A stretch of 64,000 nucleotides of DNA from Candidatus Lustribacter sp. (GTDB lineage: Bacteria > Vulcanimicrobiota > Vulcanimicrobiia > Vulcanimicrobiales > Vulcanimicrobiaceae): assembly GCA_965277805.1 (NCBI GenBank), contig OZ255842.1:4128001-4192000 (forward strand), read 5' to 3'. The notes under the pieces were generated by a model that worked only from the letters and a program-made list of their open reading frames with translations, did not search any database and was not told where the DNA came from. This document shows positions 52,779 through 62,306 of the stretch, piece by piece. Position 1 is the stretch's first letter, and every line of letters begins with the position of its first letter. The position numbers and the translations under genes were made by a program.

Positions 52779-55025
52779 TCAGTGCTCGCCGGCCGCGGCC
52801 ATGGGTCCGACAACCAGCGAGCCGTCCGAAGGCTCCGCGCAGTGGATCGCGACCGTCTGACCGCCACGCAGCGCAAACGTCGCATGACCGTCCGCCGACA
52901 GCTTGCCATGGACCGGAACCGACACGCTGCCGGCCTCCACGGTAACCGTTATGGAGCGCGCTATGCCGGCAACGTCCGCTGGTCCGACCCGAAGCTCGCA
53001 GCTTCCCCGGGGGTCGCCGCCGACGCGCCAGCTGCCGCCGTCACGTGCCGGCACAAAGTCGAACATGGGGTAATTGCAAAATGCAATCATGCCCGTGCCC
53101 TCGAGAGCCTGGTAGTGTCTCGACGTCATGACGAACGGCAAGCCGGCACCGTAGATCTCCTGACCGACCTGTCCCGACTGTTCGCGGCCGTCTTGTAGAT
53201 CTTCGAGCGGCACGTTCAGCCCGCGCACGATGCGCCCGTTGCGCGGCTTTTCTGCGATGACATCGACCGGCAGGCTGTCGGGATAGTAATACCAGCAACG
53301 GTCGAGAGCGTACTTCTGGTACTCCGAGAGCAAGTATCTCAGCGCCGGCCGCAGATCGTCACCGCCGAGCGAGAGGTACTCGTGAAACTTTGCATGCGCT
53401 TCCAGTTCCTCGTAGGGCGCGATGTAGGGCGCGTCGCGTAACGGGAACAGGCCGAAGAACGTGCGGTAGTGACGCGCGTGTTCGTATTCGCACTGCCATA
53501 GCCACATGTTATCGAAGAGGTTGGCGAGACACGATTCGCTGAGCTCGAGATAGCGCGACTTCTTGGTCAGCTTCCACAAACGCAGCGCGGCTTCGGCAGC
53601 GAACCCGGTCGTATTCAACTGGTAGGCCAGATTGAAGGCTAACCCGTGGAGGCGCGAGACCGCGACTTCGGCTTCCCGGAGATATTCGGCATCGCCGAAC
53701 ATCTCGTGCGCATGGATCATCACGAGCCCGTAAAGACCGGCCACATCGGTCTCGCCGCCTTCGCCGGGCCGCGCTTCAGCTCGGATGACATCGATCGTTT
53801 TCAGATTGAAAAAGACGGGCCATCGGTAATCGAATCGATGAGCGACACGTATCAGGTAGGGCAGGCTCTTCTTGAAGGCGTCTTTCGCGCCCGCATCGCC
53901 GTCGAGCGCGATTCGAAACAGGTTGAACAACGCATGGTGTAAGTACCAGCTGTCCATCGCTTCGTGGTTCATGTTGTCTTCGGGCTGCGCGCCTTCGAAC
54001 GGCTCGCCGGGGAGCCAGCGAACGATCGAACCGATCTCCTCGTCATAGAAGGCCGTCGCGTTTTCGCGCAGTGTCTTCGACAACGCACTTACTTCGTTGC
54101 GCCACCCGTCGTATTCGCCGGCATTTACCGCAAGGGTAAACTGCACCATGCTCTCCGGCGGCTTCGTTTCATCGCCGGCATAGGGCATGAGGTGACGGCG
54201 GCCCTGACGCACGTACGAACACAGCGGCGAGAACGACAGATCGCGTAACGCATCGCCGGCGCGCTGAGCCCAGTTGTGATATTGTGGTTCCGGCTTGTCG
54301 AGGAGCGCGTAGGTTGCGGCGAGCTGGTCGAGATAGAGCCCCGCGAGCGCTTCCGAGTGCGGCACGTCCGCAGTCAACGAAACGAAGGCATCGGAAACCA
54401 CGATGTCGCGGGCTTTCGGTAAAATGCAGCCGTCGCCGGAGGGCGGCGCATATCCCAATTCCGGGCCCGTACCGCCGACCGTGCCGGCCGGCGTACGCTT
54501 CGTTTCGGCCAGGTACTCGCTGAGTGCGCTAAAATTCTGATAGTAGAAAACGGAGAAGGGTGCGGGTTGGCGGGCGCTTGCGAACAGGATTCCGCTGCGC
54601 AGTCCACGCTGGCTCGTATGTATCGTAACATCGCTTGCGGCGGCGAACAGGTCGCGGGGCCATTCCGTGATCTGCATGTCTTGGGCCGGCATCAACGACG
54701 TCGTGCAGCGTACCGTGGCCGGCTCGTGCATTTCGATCTTCGCGCGGACGGGGCCGAGCGGCGTCGTAAATTCGCATCCGGCCGTTCCGTCTGCGTTCGA
54801 CGATGTCAGAACGTTGGAGATTTCGCTCGCGCCCGGACCGAGTCGAAGGTATGCGACTTCGGAACCCTTGAGGGACAGCGCTAACCAAACGTTGGAACGT
54901 CCCCGGGCCGCGCGGACGCTCACATTTCCGGCAGCGGCGATCGTACCCAAATCGACGGCCACTTCGAGGTCGCCCCGCAAACCGAGCGCCGACGCTGACA
55001 CTGGTGGCGAGGCGGTGGCGCTCAT
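52779..55025 (-). CDS. 748-aa hypothetical protein, possible (alpha/alpha)-barrel carbohydrate-active enzyme
   Basis: Long ORF with an aromatic/acidic core (MDSWYLHH, GETDVAGLY, APYEELE, GQEIYGAG); 3 nt from GH130. Function is inference. Confidence 0.7.
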   Translation of the reverse strand: MSATASPPVSASALGLRGDLEVAVDLGTIAAAGNVSVRAARGRSNVWLALSLKGSEVAYLRLGPGASEISNVLTSSNADGTAGCEFTTPLGPVRAKIEMHEPATVRCTTSLMPAQDMQITEWPRDLFAAASDVTIHTSQRGLRSGILFASARQPAPFSVFYYQNFSALSEYLAETKRTPAGTVGGTGPELGYAPPSGDGCILPKARDIVVSDAFVSLTADVPHSEALAGLYLDQLAATYALLDKPEPQYHNWAQRAGDALRDLSFSPLCSYVRQGRRHLMPYAGDETKPPESMVQFTLAVNAGEYDGWRNEVSALSKTLRENATAFYDEEIGSIVRWLPGEPFEGAQPEDNMNHEAMDSWYLHHALFNLFRIALDGDAGAKDAFKKSLPYLIRVAHRFDYRWPVFFNLKTIDVIRAEARPGEGGETDVAGLYGLVMIHAHEMFGDAEYLREAEVAVSRLHGLAFNLAYQLNTTGFAAEAALRLWKLTKKSRYLELSESCLANLFDNMWLWQCEYEHARHYRTFFGLFPLRDAPYIAPYEELEAHAKFHEYLSLGGDDLRPALRYLLSEYQKYALDRCWYYYPDSLPVDVIAEKPRNGRIVRGLNVPLEDLQDGREQSGQVGQEIYGAGLPFVMTSRHYQALEGTGMIAFCNYPMFDFVPARDGGSWRVGGDPRGSCELRVGPADVAGIARSITVTVEAGSVSVPVHGKLSADGHATFALRGGQTVAIHCAEPSDGSLVVGPMAAAGEH

Positions 55026-55035
55026 GATCGAATAT

Positions 55036-55104
55036 TCACCACGAACGTGCGCGCATAAACACGTTCGCAGTTTGAATTCGTTTCACGCGGCAGCAGCGGG
55101 GGCA
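55036..55104. promoter_or_regulatory. Back-to-back SigB-type promoters
   Basis: Minus: GTTTA-N15-GGTGA-N10-ATG (55060-55036). Plus: GTTTC-N15-GGGCA-N10-GTG (55080-55104). Confidence 0.6.
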
Positions 55105-55114
55105 CGACGACCGC

Positions 55115-56329
55115 GTGTTGCAAGCCGCATCGCATCGCCGGGATGGCAACTTCGCGCGCATGACGCTGCCGAGATTGGCGGGGGTCGGTGCCGCATTCGC
55201 CGTGAGCATCGGATACATGGATCCCGGCAACTGGGCAACCGACCTGAACGCGGCATCCTATCGTTTCACTCTGCTGTGGGCCGTCGTCGCCGCCGGCGTC
55301 GCTGCCTGCATCTTGCAGGTTCTCGTCTTGCGGTTTGTCGGCGCAAGCGGACTCGGCCTGAGCGAGGCAGTCAAACGAACGTTTGCGAAAGCGAACGGTC
55401 CGCTATCGCTCACATATATCGGTGCGATCGTGGCCACGGAGGTCGCGGAGTTTGTCGGCCTCGTCGTCGGGCTGCAAATGGTTTTCCGGCTCGATTTACG
55501 CCCGGCGATTGCGATAGGACTCGCGATATTCTTGTTACTGCTTTTGGCCGGCGGCTTCACGTTCAGGCGATTCGAGCGCATCGCGATCGTGACGACCTCG
55601 CTCCTTGCCCTCATCTATGCGGTGGAGATCGGCGTCCTCCACCCACCGGTTTTGCCGATCCTGCGTGGTGCTCTGCTGCCGGCGGTCCCGGACGGCGGCG
55701 CTTGGATTGCAGTGGTCGGCATCCTCGGCGCCACGATCATGCCCCACAACCTTTTCTTACACGCCGGCCTCTTCAAGGATCACCTCAGAGCAAAAGCGGA
55801 TCGTGATGCGGCTGCAAGCGTTAGGCGGGCTGCTTGCGCGACCGTTTGCACCTTGCTCGTAGCAACGCTCGTGAACGCGGCGATCCTTATCGTCGGCGCG
55901 GCGACGCACGGTACGACGATCGAACAAGCATTTCTTACGCTTCGGCCGCTTGCCGGGCCGACCGCTTCGCTCGTCTTCGGCATCGCTCTGATCGGCGTGT
56001 CGGTGGCGGCGACCGCCGGCGGTGCGTGCGCGGGCGACATCATCTGTGCCGACGCGCCGATAAAGCTCTCGCAGCTTCAGCGCCGACTGATCGCCCTTTC
56101 GCCGGCGGTCGTGCTGCTCGTCGCCGGCTGTTCGCCGATGGCGCTGCTCGTCTGGTCGCAGGTTGCGCTGGCCGCCGCGCTGCCGGCCGTCGTGATCCCG
56201 CTCTTCATCCTCGTCGCACGTCAACGCAACATGAGAAATCCGTTCGATCGGGCGCTCATCGGGCTCTCGGCACTCGTTCTCATCGCGTCGTGCACCTGCG
56301 ATGTGATCTTGTTGTCGACCTCGTCATAG
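55115..56329 (+). CDS. mntH: Nramp-family Mn2+/Fe2+ transporter
   Basis: GYMDPGNWATD, AEFVG, GATIMPHNLFLH, SQV. Confidence 0.9.
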   Translation: MLQAASHRRDGNFARMTLPRLAGVGAAFAVSIGYMDPGNWATDLNAASYRFTLLWAVVAAGVAACILQVLVLRFVGASGLGLSEAVKRTFAKANGPLSLTYIGAIVATEVAEFVGLVVGLQMVFRLDLRPAIAIGLAIFLLLLLAGGFTFRRFERIAIVTTSLLALIYAVEIGVLHPPVLPILRGALLPAVPDGGAWIAVVGILGATIMPHNLFLHAGLFKDHLRAKADRDAAASVRRAACATVCTLLVATLVNAAILIVGAATHGTTIEQAFLTLRPLAGPTASLVFGIALIGVSVAATAGGACAGDIICADAPIKLSQLQRRLIALSPAVVLLVAGCSPMALLVWSQVALAAALPAVVIPLFILVARQRNMRNPFDRALIGLSALVLIASCTCDVILLSTSS

Positions 56330-56368
56330 CAGACGGACCGGCATCTGCGATGCCGGTCCGCTGCTTTT
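56329..56368 (+). terminator. Intrinsic terminator after mntH
   Basis: CGGACCGGCATC-tgc-GATGCCGGTCCG stem, then CTGCTTTT. Confidence 0.7.
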
Positions 56369-56398
56369 GCGAGAGTCGTCTCTATCCGGGGCTAGGCA

Positions 56399-56905
56399 TT
56401 ACTGGAAGCTGCTGGCGTAGAACGTGCCGTCTTCCCAATAACCGTGGGCGATAACGTCGCGGCCCGTTGCGACGTGACCCGTGTCCTGACGATTGAGGGC
56501 GCGGCTGTCATCGACGATCAGCGTGTTGTTGCCGTGTTGCAGCGTGACGAGATGTCCGCTCACGTTGGTAATTTGACCTGAGACCCGTTCGTTATAACGC
56601 GTCGGATGGGCGGGGCCACTGCCGCTCATTGCCACGCCGCCGTTGCCGTTCATCGCCGCGCCGGGGGCCGGTTGCGTGGTGGTCGTCGTGGTCGTGGTTT
56701 CGGTCACGCAGTTACCGTTTGCTTGGAATGCGCCATTGACCCAGGCACCGCAGTACGGGTTGTGCGGCCCGACGATGTCGCCGTTTTGCGTCGTCGTTTG
56801 CGTGGTTTGCGTGGTTTGCGTACTTTGCGCACCGACCGGACCCGAAACGAGACTCGCTACGAACATCGCGCCCGCGCCGACGGCTACTGCGAAAGATTTT
56901 CGCAT
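56399..56905 (-). CDS. Exported Thr-rich hypothetical protein with C-terminal OB-fold-like domain
   Basis: Signal peptide MRKSFAVAVG; TQTT repeats; Cys pair; VSGQITNVSG..VTL..G..V..HG; AGGAG SD. Confidence 0.7.
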   Translation of the reverse strand: MRKSFAVAVGAGAMFVASLVSGPVGAQSTQTTQTTQTTTQNGDIVGPHNPYCGAWVNGAFQANGNCVTETTTTTTTTQPAPGAAMNGNGGVAMSGSGPAHPTRYNERVSGQITNVSGHLVTLQHGNNTLIVDDSRALNRQDTGHVATGRDVIAHGYWEDGTFYASSFQ

Positions 56906-57015
56906 GATTTCATCTCTCCTCATAAGCAATCGCGTCTGAAAACGCTACGCGGCAATATTCCCGTTCTTGCCCGATTCACTCGCAAGAAGAGGCTCGCCAG
57001 CATTGACGCTTGCTT

Positions 57016-58134
57016 TTAGAGTTGGGTCGACCAGTCGCGCTCTTGGAGTTCGCGTTTGATGCGCGCCATGAATTTGCCGGCCGTCGAGCCGTCGAACGCG
57101 CGGTGATCCCATGACATGCACAGATACATGCGGCGCCGGATCGCGATGCCGCCGTTGTACGGAACGACGCGCTCTTCAACGGCGTCGGTAGAGAGCGTCG
57201 CGACGTTCGGCGTGTTGATGATCGGTGCAGTCATCAACGTGCCGTACGATCCGTTGTTGGTAATCGTGAAGGTCGAGCCGGAATAGTCCGACGCAACCAG
57301 CTTCGATGCGCGCGCACCGGCCGCGCGTGAAATGATGGCGCGCGAAAGACCGGTCACAGTGAGGCCGTCGGCATCGCGAATCACCGGCACGACTAAGCCG
57401 GCTTCGTCGAGATCGACCGCAACGCCGAGGTGCACCGACTCGTTGTGCACGAGCCCCGATCCGTCGATGCGGGCGTTCACGGCGGGAAAGGCGCGCAGCG
57501 CGATGACCACTGCCCGCGCGATGAACGGCAAGTACGTGAGCCCGGCGGAGGAGCGCACCGCATTCACGCTCTCCATGTCCGCTTCGATCACGGAGAACAC
57601 GTCGGCCACCGCGCGCTTCGATGCGAGCACGTTCGCCGCGATCTGCGCGCGCAGCGATGAGAACGGCACGCCGCGTCCGGGTGTTGCGGGGGCAATCGCA
57701 GCGGCCGGTACAGCCACCGCTGGAGCAGTCGCGGGCGAAGGAGCGGATTCAACGAGCTTCAGCACATCGCTGCGCGTGATACGGCCGCCTTCGCCGGTAC
57801 CGCGCACAGAGTTCAGGTCGAGCTGATGCTCGCGCGCGAGCCGGCGCACGACCGGTGAACGCAAGTGTGCGCGTGAGCCGGTGTTACTTGCGGCGACGGC
57901 GCCGTCGCCGATGCGTGCGAGTTCGGTGCCGACCGGCACGGTGGTGCCGTCGGGTACGAGAATCTCGCGCAGCACCCCGGCGTAGAGCGACGGGATCTCG
58001 GTGTTGACTTTGTCGGTTGCCACTTCGAAGAGCGGCTCGTCGACGGCCACGTTATCGCCGACCGCCTTGAGCCAGCGCACGACGGTGCCTTCGGAGACGC
58101 TCTCGCCGAGCTGCGGCATCGCGACCGCGGTCAT
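57016..58134 (-). CDS. 2-oxoacid dehydrogenase E2 (dihydrolipoamide acyltransferase)
   Basis: MPQLGESVSEG, TDKV lipoyl Lys, SPVVRRLA, GTGEGGRITRSD, STFTITN, WDHRAFDG. Confidence 0.93.
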   Translation of the reverse strand: MTAVAMPQLGESVSEGTVVRWLKAVGDNVAVDEPLFEVATDKVNTEIPSLYAGVLREILVPDGTTVPVGTELARIGDGAVAASNTGSRAHLRSPVVRRLAREHQLDLNSVRGTGEGGRITRSDVLKLVESAPSPATAPAVAVPAAAIAPATPGRGVPFSSLRAQIAANVLASKRAVADVFSVIEADMESVNAVRSSAGLTYLPFIARAVVIALRAFPAVNARIDGSGLVHNESVHLGVAVDLDEAGLVVPVIRDADGLTVTGLSRAIISRAAGARASKLVASDYSGSTFTITNNGSYGTLMTAPIINTPNVATLSTDAVEERVVPYNGGIAIRRRMYLCMSWDHRAFDGSTAGKFMARIKRELQERDWSTQL

Positions 58135-59024
58135 TTGGCCATCGGGATCTCGAGGTTCTCTCCGGCGGCGTTGGCCAGCACGTAGTAGAGAATCGAGAAG
58201 TCGTGGTGCGAGAGGCCTTGGCCGCGCGCGGCGGTGAGCCACGCGTTGGTCGTCGACGTCGTCGGCAGCGGCACGCCGAGTTTTTCGGCCAGCTGCAGCG
58301 CGAGGTCGAGATCCTTCTGCATCATCGTGCAGTCGAACCAGGCTTTTTGCGGCTGTTCTTTGATCAGCGGGCCGCGATACTGCAGCATCGGCGACGCGGT
58401 CGCACCGCTCAGCATGATGTCGAGGGCGACGTCGCGCGGAATGCCGCTCTTCACCGCCAGCAGCAAACCTTCGCTCAAGGCGAGGATCTGCGTTGAGAGC
58501 TGCAGGTTCAGCGCGATCTTCATCGTCTTCGCTTGGCCCACGTCGCCGACGTGAAACACTTTCGGACCGATCGCTTCGAGGACCGGACGAATGCGTTCGA
58601 GCGCGGCTTTGTCGCCGCCGACCATGATCAGCAATTTGCCCTGCTGAACCGAGACCTGACTGCCGAGTACGGGCGCGTCGAGCAGCTCGCCCCCGGCCGC
58701 CCGGGTCTTCTCCGCGAGCGCCTGCACGTGGGCGGTGCCGACGGTGCTCATCTCGACGAGCGTCTTGCCGTTGATGGCGCCGAGCACGCCGTCACTGCCC
58801 TCGCACACCGCAGTCAACGCTTGATCGTTCGTTACCATGGTGAGCAAGACGCCACACGCTTGCGCGACCGCGCGCGGCGAATCGGCCCACTTCATGCCCT
58901 TCGCGATCAGCGGTTCGGCCTTGCTCTTCGTGCGGTTCCAGCCGACGACGTCGATCTTCGCCAACAGCAGCCGGTCGACGAACCCGCTGCCCATCTCACC
59001 GAGACCAACCATTCCAACGGTCAT
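58131..59024 (-). CDS. NAD(P)-dependent beta-hydroxyacid dehydrogenase (3-hydroxyisobutyrate dehydrogenase family)
   Basis: GLGEMG, WNRT, DAPVLGS, MKIALN catalytic Lys, KDLDLA. Confidence 0.9.
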   Translation of the reverse strand: MTVGMVGLGEMGSGFVDRLLLAKIDVVGWNRTKSKAEPLIAKGMKWADSPRAVAQACGVLLTMVTNDQALTAVCEGSDGVLGAINGKTLVEMSTVGTAHVQALAEKTRAAGGELLDAPVLGSQVSVQQGKLLIMVGGDKAALERIRPVLEAIGPKVFHVGDVGQAKTMKIALNLQLSTQILALSEGLLLAVKSGIPRDVALDIMLSGATASPMLQYRGPLIKEQPQKAWFDCTMMQKDLDLALQLAEKLGVPLPTTSTTNAWLTAARGQGLSHHDFSILYYVLANAAGENLEIPMAK

Positions 59025-59031
59025 GCGTTTC

Positions 59032-60006
59032 CTATCCGAGCGTTTTACGTACGGTGTCGACGATGCGATCGACCGACGGACGCGCGCCGTCCTCGAGCGC
59101 TTCGGCCGCCGGCAGCGGCGCGTGGGGCGTGGTGATGCGCACGATCGGCGCGTCGAGATCCCAGAATGCTTCCTCGGCTACGATCGAGACGATTTCCGCG
59201 CCCCAGCCGCATAAGCGCGGGTTCTCTTCGACCGTATAAAGCCGGCCGGTCGCGATCGTCTCGCGCAGGATCGTCTGCGTATCGAGCGGCACGAGCGAAC
59301 GCACGTCGACGACGGTGGCGTTGATGCCCTCGCTCGCGAGCCGTTCGGCCGCGGCCATCGCGCGCGGCACCATCGCCGCGAGCGCGAGGATCGTGCAGTC
59401 CTTGCCCGAGCGCAGCACCTTCGCCGTGCCGAGCGTATCGACGAGTTCGCCGTCGGGCACCTCGCCCTTGACCGGATAGAGTTCTTTCGCTTCGAAGAAC
59501 ATCACCGGATCGGGATCGCGGATCGCGGCCGCAAGCAAGCCTTTCACATCGGCGGCTGACGACGGGGCGACGACCTTGAGTCCCGGCACCGCCATCGCCC
59601 AGTTTTCCACTGCCTGCGAATGCTGCGCGCCGAACCGCAAGCCGCCGCCGTTGGCGGTGCGTACGACCAGCGGCAGCGTGAACTGTCCGCCGCTCATGTA
59701 GCGCGCCTTCGCCATTTGGTTGGCCGGAATGTCCCAGCACACGGCGAGGAAGTCCGAAAACATGATCTCGGCGATCGGCCGCAAGCCCGTCATCGCCGCG
59801 CCCATGCACGTGCCGAGAATCGCCATCTCGGAGATCGGCGTGTCGCGCACGCGCGTGGGGCCGAAGCGCTCGAGCAAACCGACGGTCGCCTTGAACACGC
59901 CGCCCGCACCGCCGATGTCCTCACCGAGGAAGACGACGTTCTCGTCGCGTTCCATCTCTTGCGCGATCGCGGCCGCAACCGCGTCGCGATACGTTAGTTC
60001 CGCCAT
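59032..60006 (-). CDS. TPP-dependent dehydrogenase E1 beta (AcoB/PdhB-like)
   Basis: LGEDIG, DTPISE, EIMFSDF, AQHSQ, DVRSLVPLD. Confidence 0.93.
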   Translation of the reverse strand: MAELTYRDAVAAAIAQEMERDENVVFLGEDIGGAGGVFKATVGLLERFGPTRVRDTPISEMAILGTCMGAAMTGLRPIAEIMFSDFLAVCWDIPANQMAKARYMSGGQFTLPLVVRTANGGGLRFGAQHSQAVENWAMAVPGLKVVAPSSAADVKGLLAAAIRDPDPVMFFEAKELYPVKGEVPDGELVDTLGTAKVLRSGKDCTILALAAMVPRAMAAAERLASEGINATVVDVRSLVPLDTQTILRETIATGRLYTVEENPRLCGWGAEIVSIVAEEAFWDLDAPIVRITTPHAPLPAAEALEDGARPSVDRIVDTVRKTLG

Positions 60007-60998
60007 GTCGACGTCCCGTCGGCCCAGGTGTCTTTCTCGATCTCATCGAGGCTCGGCAGCGGGCCGCTTTTCGCTTCTTCGGTGGCGCGATCGATTTCAG
60101 CCATCGCGGCCGCCTCGATATCCGCCAGCGTCTTCTCGGGAATGCCGTCGGCGAGCAAACGTGCGCGGTACATCGGCAGCGGATCGCGCTTGAGCCATTC
60201 CTGCACTTCGGCCTCGGGCCGGTACTGCGCGGGATCGGCGCGCGAGTGGCCGCCGTGACGGTACGTCAACGCCTCGATCAGCGAGGGACCGTCGCCGCGC
60301 CGGGCGCGCTCGTAGGCGCTCTCTGCGACGAGATAGCATGCGTCCGCGTCGTTGCCGTCGACCACGATCGGTTCGAGCCCGTACGCGCTCGCGCGATCGG
60401 CCGCCGGCCGTTTCACCGACGTCACCGAATCGATCGCGGTATACTCCATGTACATGTTGTTCTCGCACACGAACACGACCGGCAGCTTCCAGACCGCGGC
60501 GAGGTTGAGCGCTTCGTGAAAGGCACCGATGTTGGTCGTGCCGTCGCCGAAGAAGCACACCGACACTTGTTGCGATTTCTTGTATTGCGAGGTCCAGCCA
60601 GCACCGAGCGCGATGCACATCTGCGCGCCGATGATCGCGTACGATCCCATCGCGTACTTATCGGCCTCGCCCAGGTGCATCGAGCCGCCCTTGCCGGCGA
60701 GCACGCCGTTGGCGCGGCCCAGCAATTCCGCCATGCAGCCGGCCATGCTGACGCCGCGCGCGATCGTATGATCGTGGCCGCGATAGGTGCAGAACGTCCA
60801 GTCATCGCGCCGCATCGCCGTGGCAAAGCCGGCGGCGACCGCTTCCTGACCGAGCGCGAGATGGCTCGTGCCCTTGACGAGATTTTGCAGAAACAGATCG
60901 TATGCGCGCTTTTCGAACACGCGCAAGCGGTACTGCAGCTCATACATCGCAATGCGCGTCTCGCGCGCGATCGCCGGTTTCGCAAGCGTGTCGGTCAT
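59994..60998 (-). CDS. TPP-dependent dehydrogenase E1 alpha (AcoA/PdhA-like)
   Basis: GQEA, TYRGH, GKGGSMH, GDG...ENN TPP motif, TYRHGGHS.ADP; start MTDTLAK at 60998 (ATGA overlap). Confidence 0.93.
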   Translation of the reverse strand: MTDTLAKPAIARETRIAMYELQYRLRVFEKRAYDLFLQNLVKGTSHLALGQEAVAAGFATAMRRDDWTFCTYRGHDHTIARGVSMAGCMAELLGRANGVLAGKGGSMHLGEADKYAMGSYAIIGAQMCIALGAGWTSQYKKSQQVSVCFFGDGTTNIGAFHEALNLAAVWKLPVVFVCENNMYMEYTAIDSVTSVKRPAADRASAYGLEPIVVDGNDADACYLVAESAYERARRGDGPSLIEALTYRHGGHSRADPAQYRPEAEVQEWLKRDPLPMYRARLLADGIPEKTLADIEAAAMAEIDRATEEAKSGPLPSLDEIEKDTWADGTSTWRN

Positions 60999-62272
60999 CT
61001 GGGCTGGCCTCCGTAGTCGTAGGCGTTCGCGATGAAGAGGTCTTGGGCGGGGAAGCGGGTGATGATCTTCGGACCGGCCGAGGTGACCACGATCTCTTCC
61101 TCGATGCGCGCGGCGGAGAAGCCGTCCTTCGCCGGGCAGTAGGTTTCCAGCGCGAACACCATGCCTTCTTTGATCTCCATCGGGTGATCGATCGAATTCA
61201 GACGCGAGATGACCGGCCGCTCGTGCAGATGCAAGCCGAGGCCGTGTCCGAACTGCAAACCGAACGCCTCCATCTCGCTTGAAAAACCGAACTCTTCGGC
61301 CTTCGGCCACACGCGCGCGACGTCGTTGGTCATCACGCCGGGCCGGATCACGTCGATCGAGCGGTCGATCCACTCGCGGCACTGCTTGTAGGCGTCCTTC
61401 TGCGCCGGCGTCGCGAAGCCGACGCTGAACGTGCGGTAATAGCACGTGCGGTAGCCGTTGAACGCCGACATGATGTCGAAGAAGGCTTGATCGCCGGGCC
61501 GGATGATGCGATCGCTGAAGTTGTGCGGATGCGGATTGCAGCGCTCGCCGGACACCGCGTTGATCGATTCGACGTCGTCCGAACCAAGCTCGTATAAACG
61601 CTTGGTGGCGAGCGCCACGATCTCTTTTTCTTTCACGCCGGGCTTGAGCGCCTCGACGATATCCTGATACGTCCCGTCGACCATCGCGGCGGAGGTCGAG
61701 AGCAGCATGATCTCGTCGTACGACTTGATCTCGCGCGCGTCGAGCATCACTTGCTGCCCGTCGGCGACCGTGACGCCGAGTTTCTGCAGTTCGAACATCA
61801 ATGGCGGCTCGACATAGTCCAGGCCGAGCGGCATCTTCTCGACGCCGGCCTCAACCAGGAGCGAGAAGATTTGCTCGGCGGCTTGCGTGAAGAGCCCGGC
61901 TTCCGGCGCGATCGCACCACGCAGGCCCGTCAGCCCGGCGTAGATGTCCTTATCGTCGATCCAGGGACAAAATTGCCGGTGGTGCTTGGCGGCCGAACCG
62001 AAATCCCAGACCATCGGTCCAGACGTGCGGGTGATCAGGGCGTAGCGGGTCATCTTGTCGCGCGACCACTCGCCGATTGCGGTCGAGGTCACGTAGCGGA
62101 TGTTATTGACGTCGAAGAGCAGCAGCGCCCCGAGCGGTGAGCCGTCGAGCGCGGCGCGCGCCCGGGCCAGCCGGTATCGGCGGAGGCGGTCGAAATTGAC
62201 GCGCTCCTCGGTATCGACGGCCATCTGGCCGGGCGACGGGATGGGACGGCTGGGGTCCAGGCCCTCAATCAT
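60995..62272 (-). CDS. M24 (pita-bread fold) enzyme, Xaa-Pro peptidase/creatinase/DddP-like, atypical metal site
   Basis: RRYRLAR..ALLLFD..NIRY; FFDI...GYRTCYYRTF; GHGLG..HERP; FALE; RIEEEIVVT. Confidence 0.85.
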   Translation of the reverse strand: MIEGLDPSRPIPSPGQMAVDTEERVNFDRLRRYRLARARAALDGSPLGALLLFDVNNIRYVTSTAIGEWSRDKMTRYALITRTSGPMVWDFGSAAKHHRQFCPWIDDKDIYAGLTGLRGAIAPEAGLFTQAAEQIFSLLVEAGVEKMPLGLDYVEPPLMFELQKLGVTVADGQQVMLDAREIKSYDEIMLLSTSAAMVDGTYQDIVEALKPGVKEKEIVALATKRLYELGSDDVESINAVSGERCNPHPHNFSDRIIRPGDQAFFDIMSAFNGYRTCYYRTFSVGFATPAQKDAYKQCREWIDRSIDVIRPGVMTNDVARVWPKAEEFGFSSEMEAFGLQFGHGLGLHLHERPVISRLNSIDHPMEIKEGMVFALETYCPAKDGFSAARIEEEIVVTSAGPKIITRFPAQDLFIANAYDYGGQPR

Positions 62273-62288
62273 GCGTCGGGAGCTTCTT

Positions 62289-62306
62289 TCTGCAATCGAT
62301 TACAGA
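62289..62306. promoter_or_regulatory. LacI-family operator, copy 1
   Basis: TCTGCAATCGATTACAGA near-perfect palindrome, 17 nt upstream of the M24 start. Confidence 0.75.

Noticed and set aside
55042-55067. LexA (CGAAC-N4-GTTCG) box
   Set aside because: The half-sites match but the spacer is 16 nt rather than 4; kept only as an unassigned inverted repeat.
56670-56830. Short tandem repeats (GTGGTTTGC, GTC/GTG runs) as CRISPR or VNTR
   Set aside because: They encode Thr/Gln-rich linkers of the exported protein and have no spacers.
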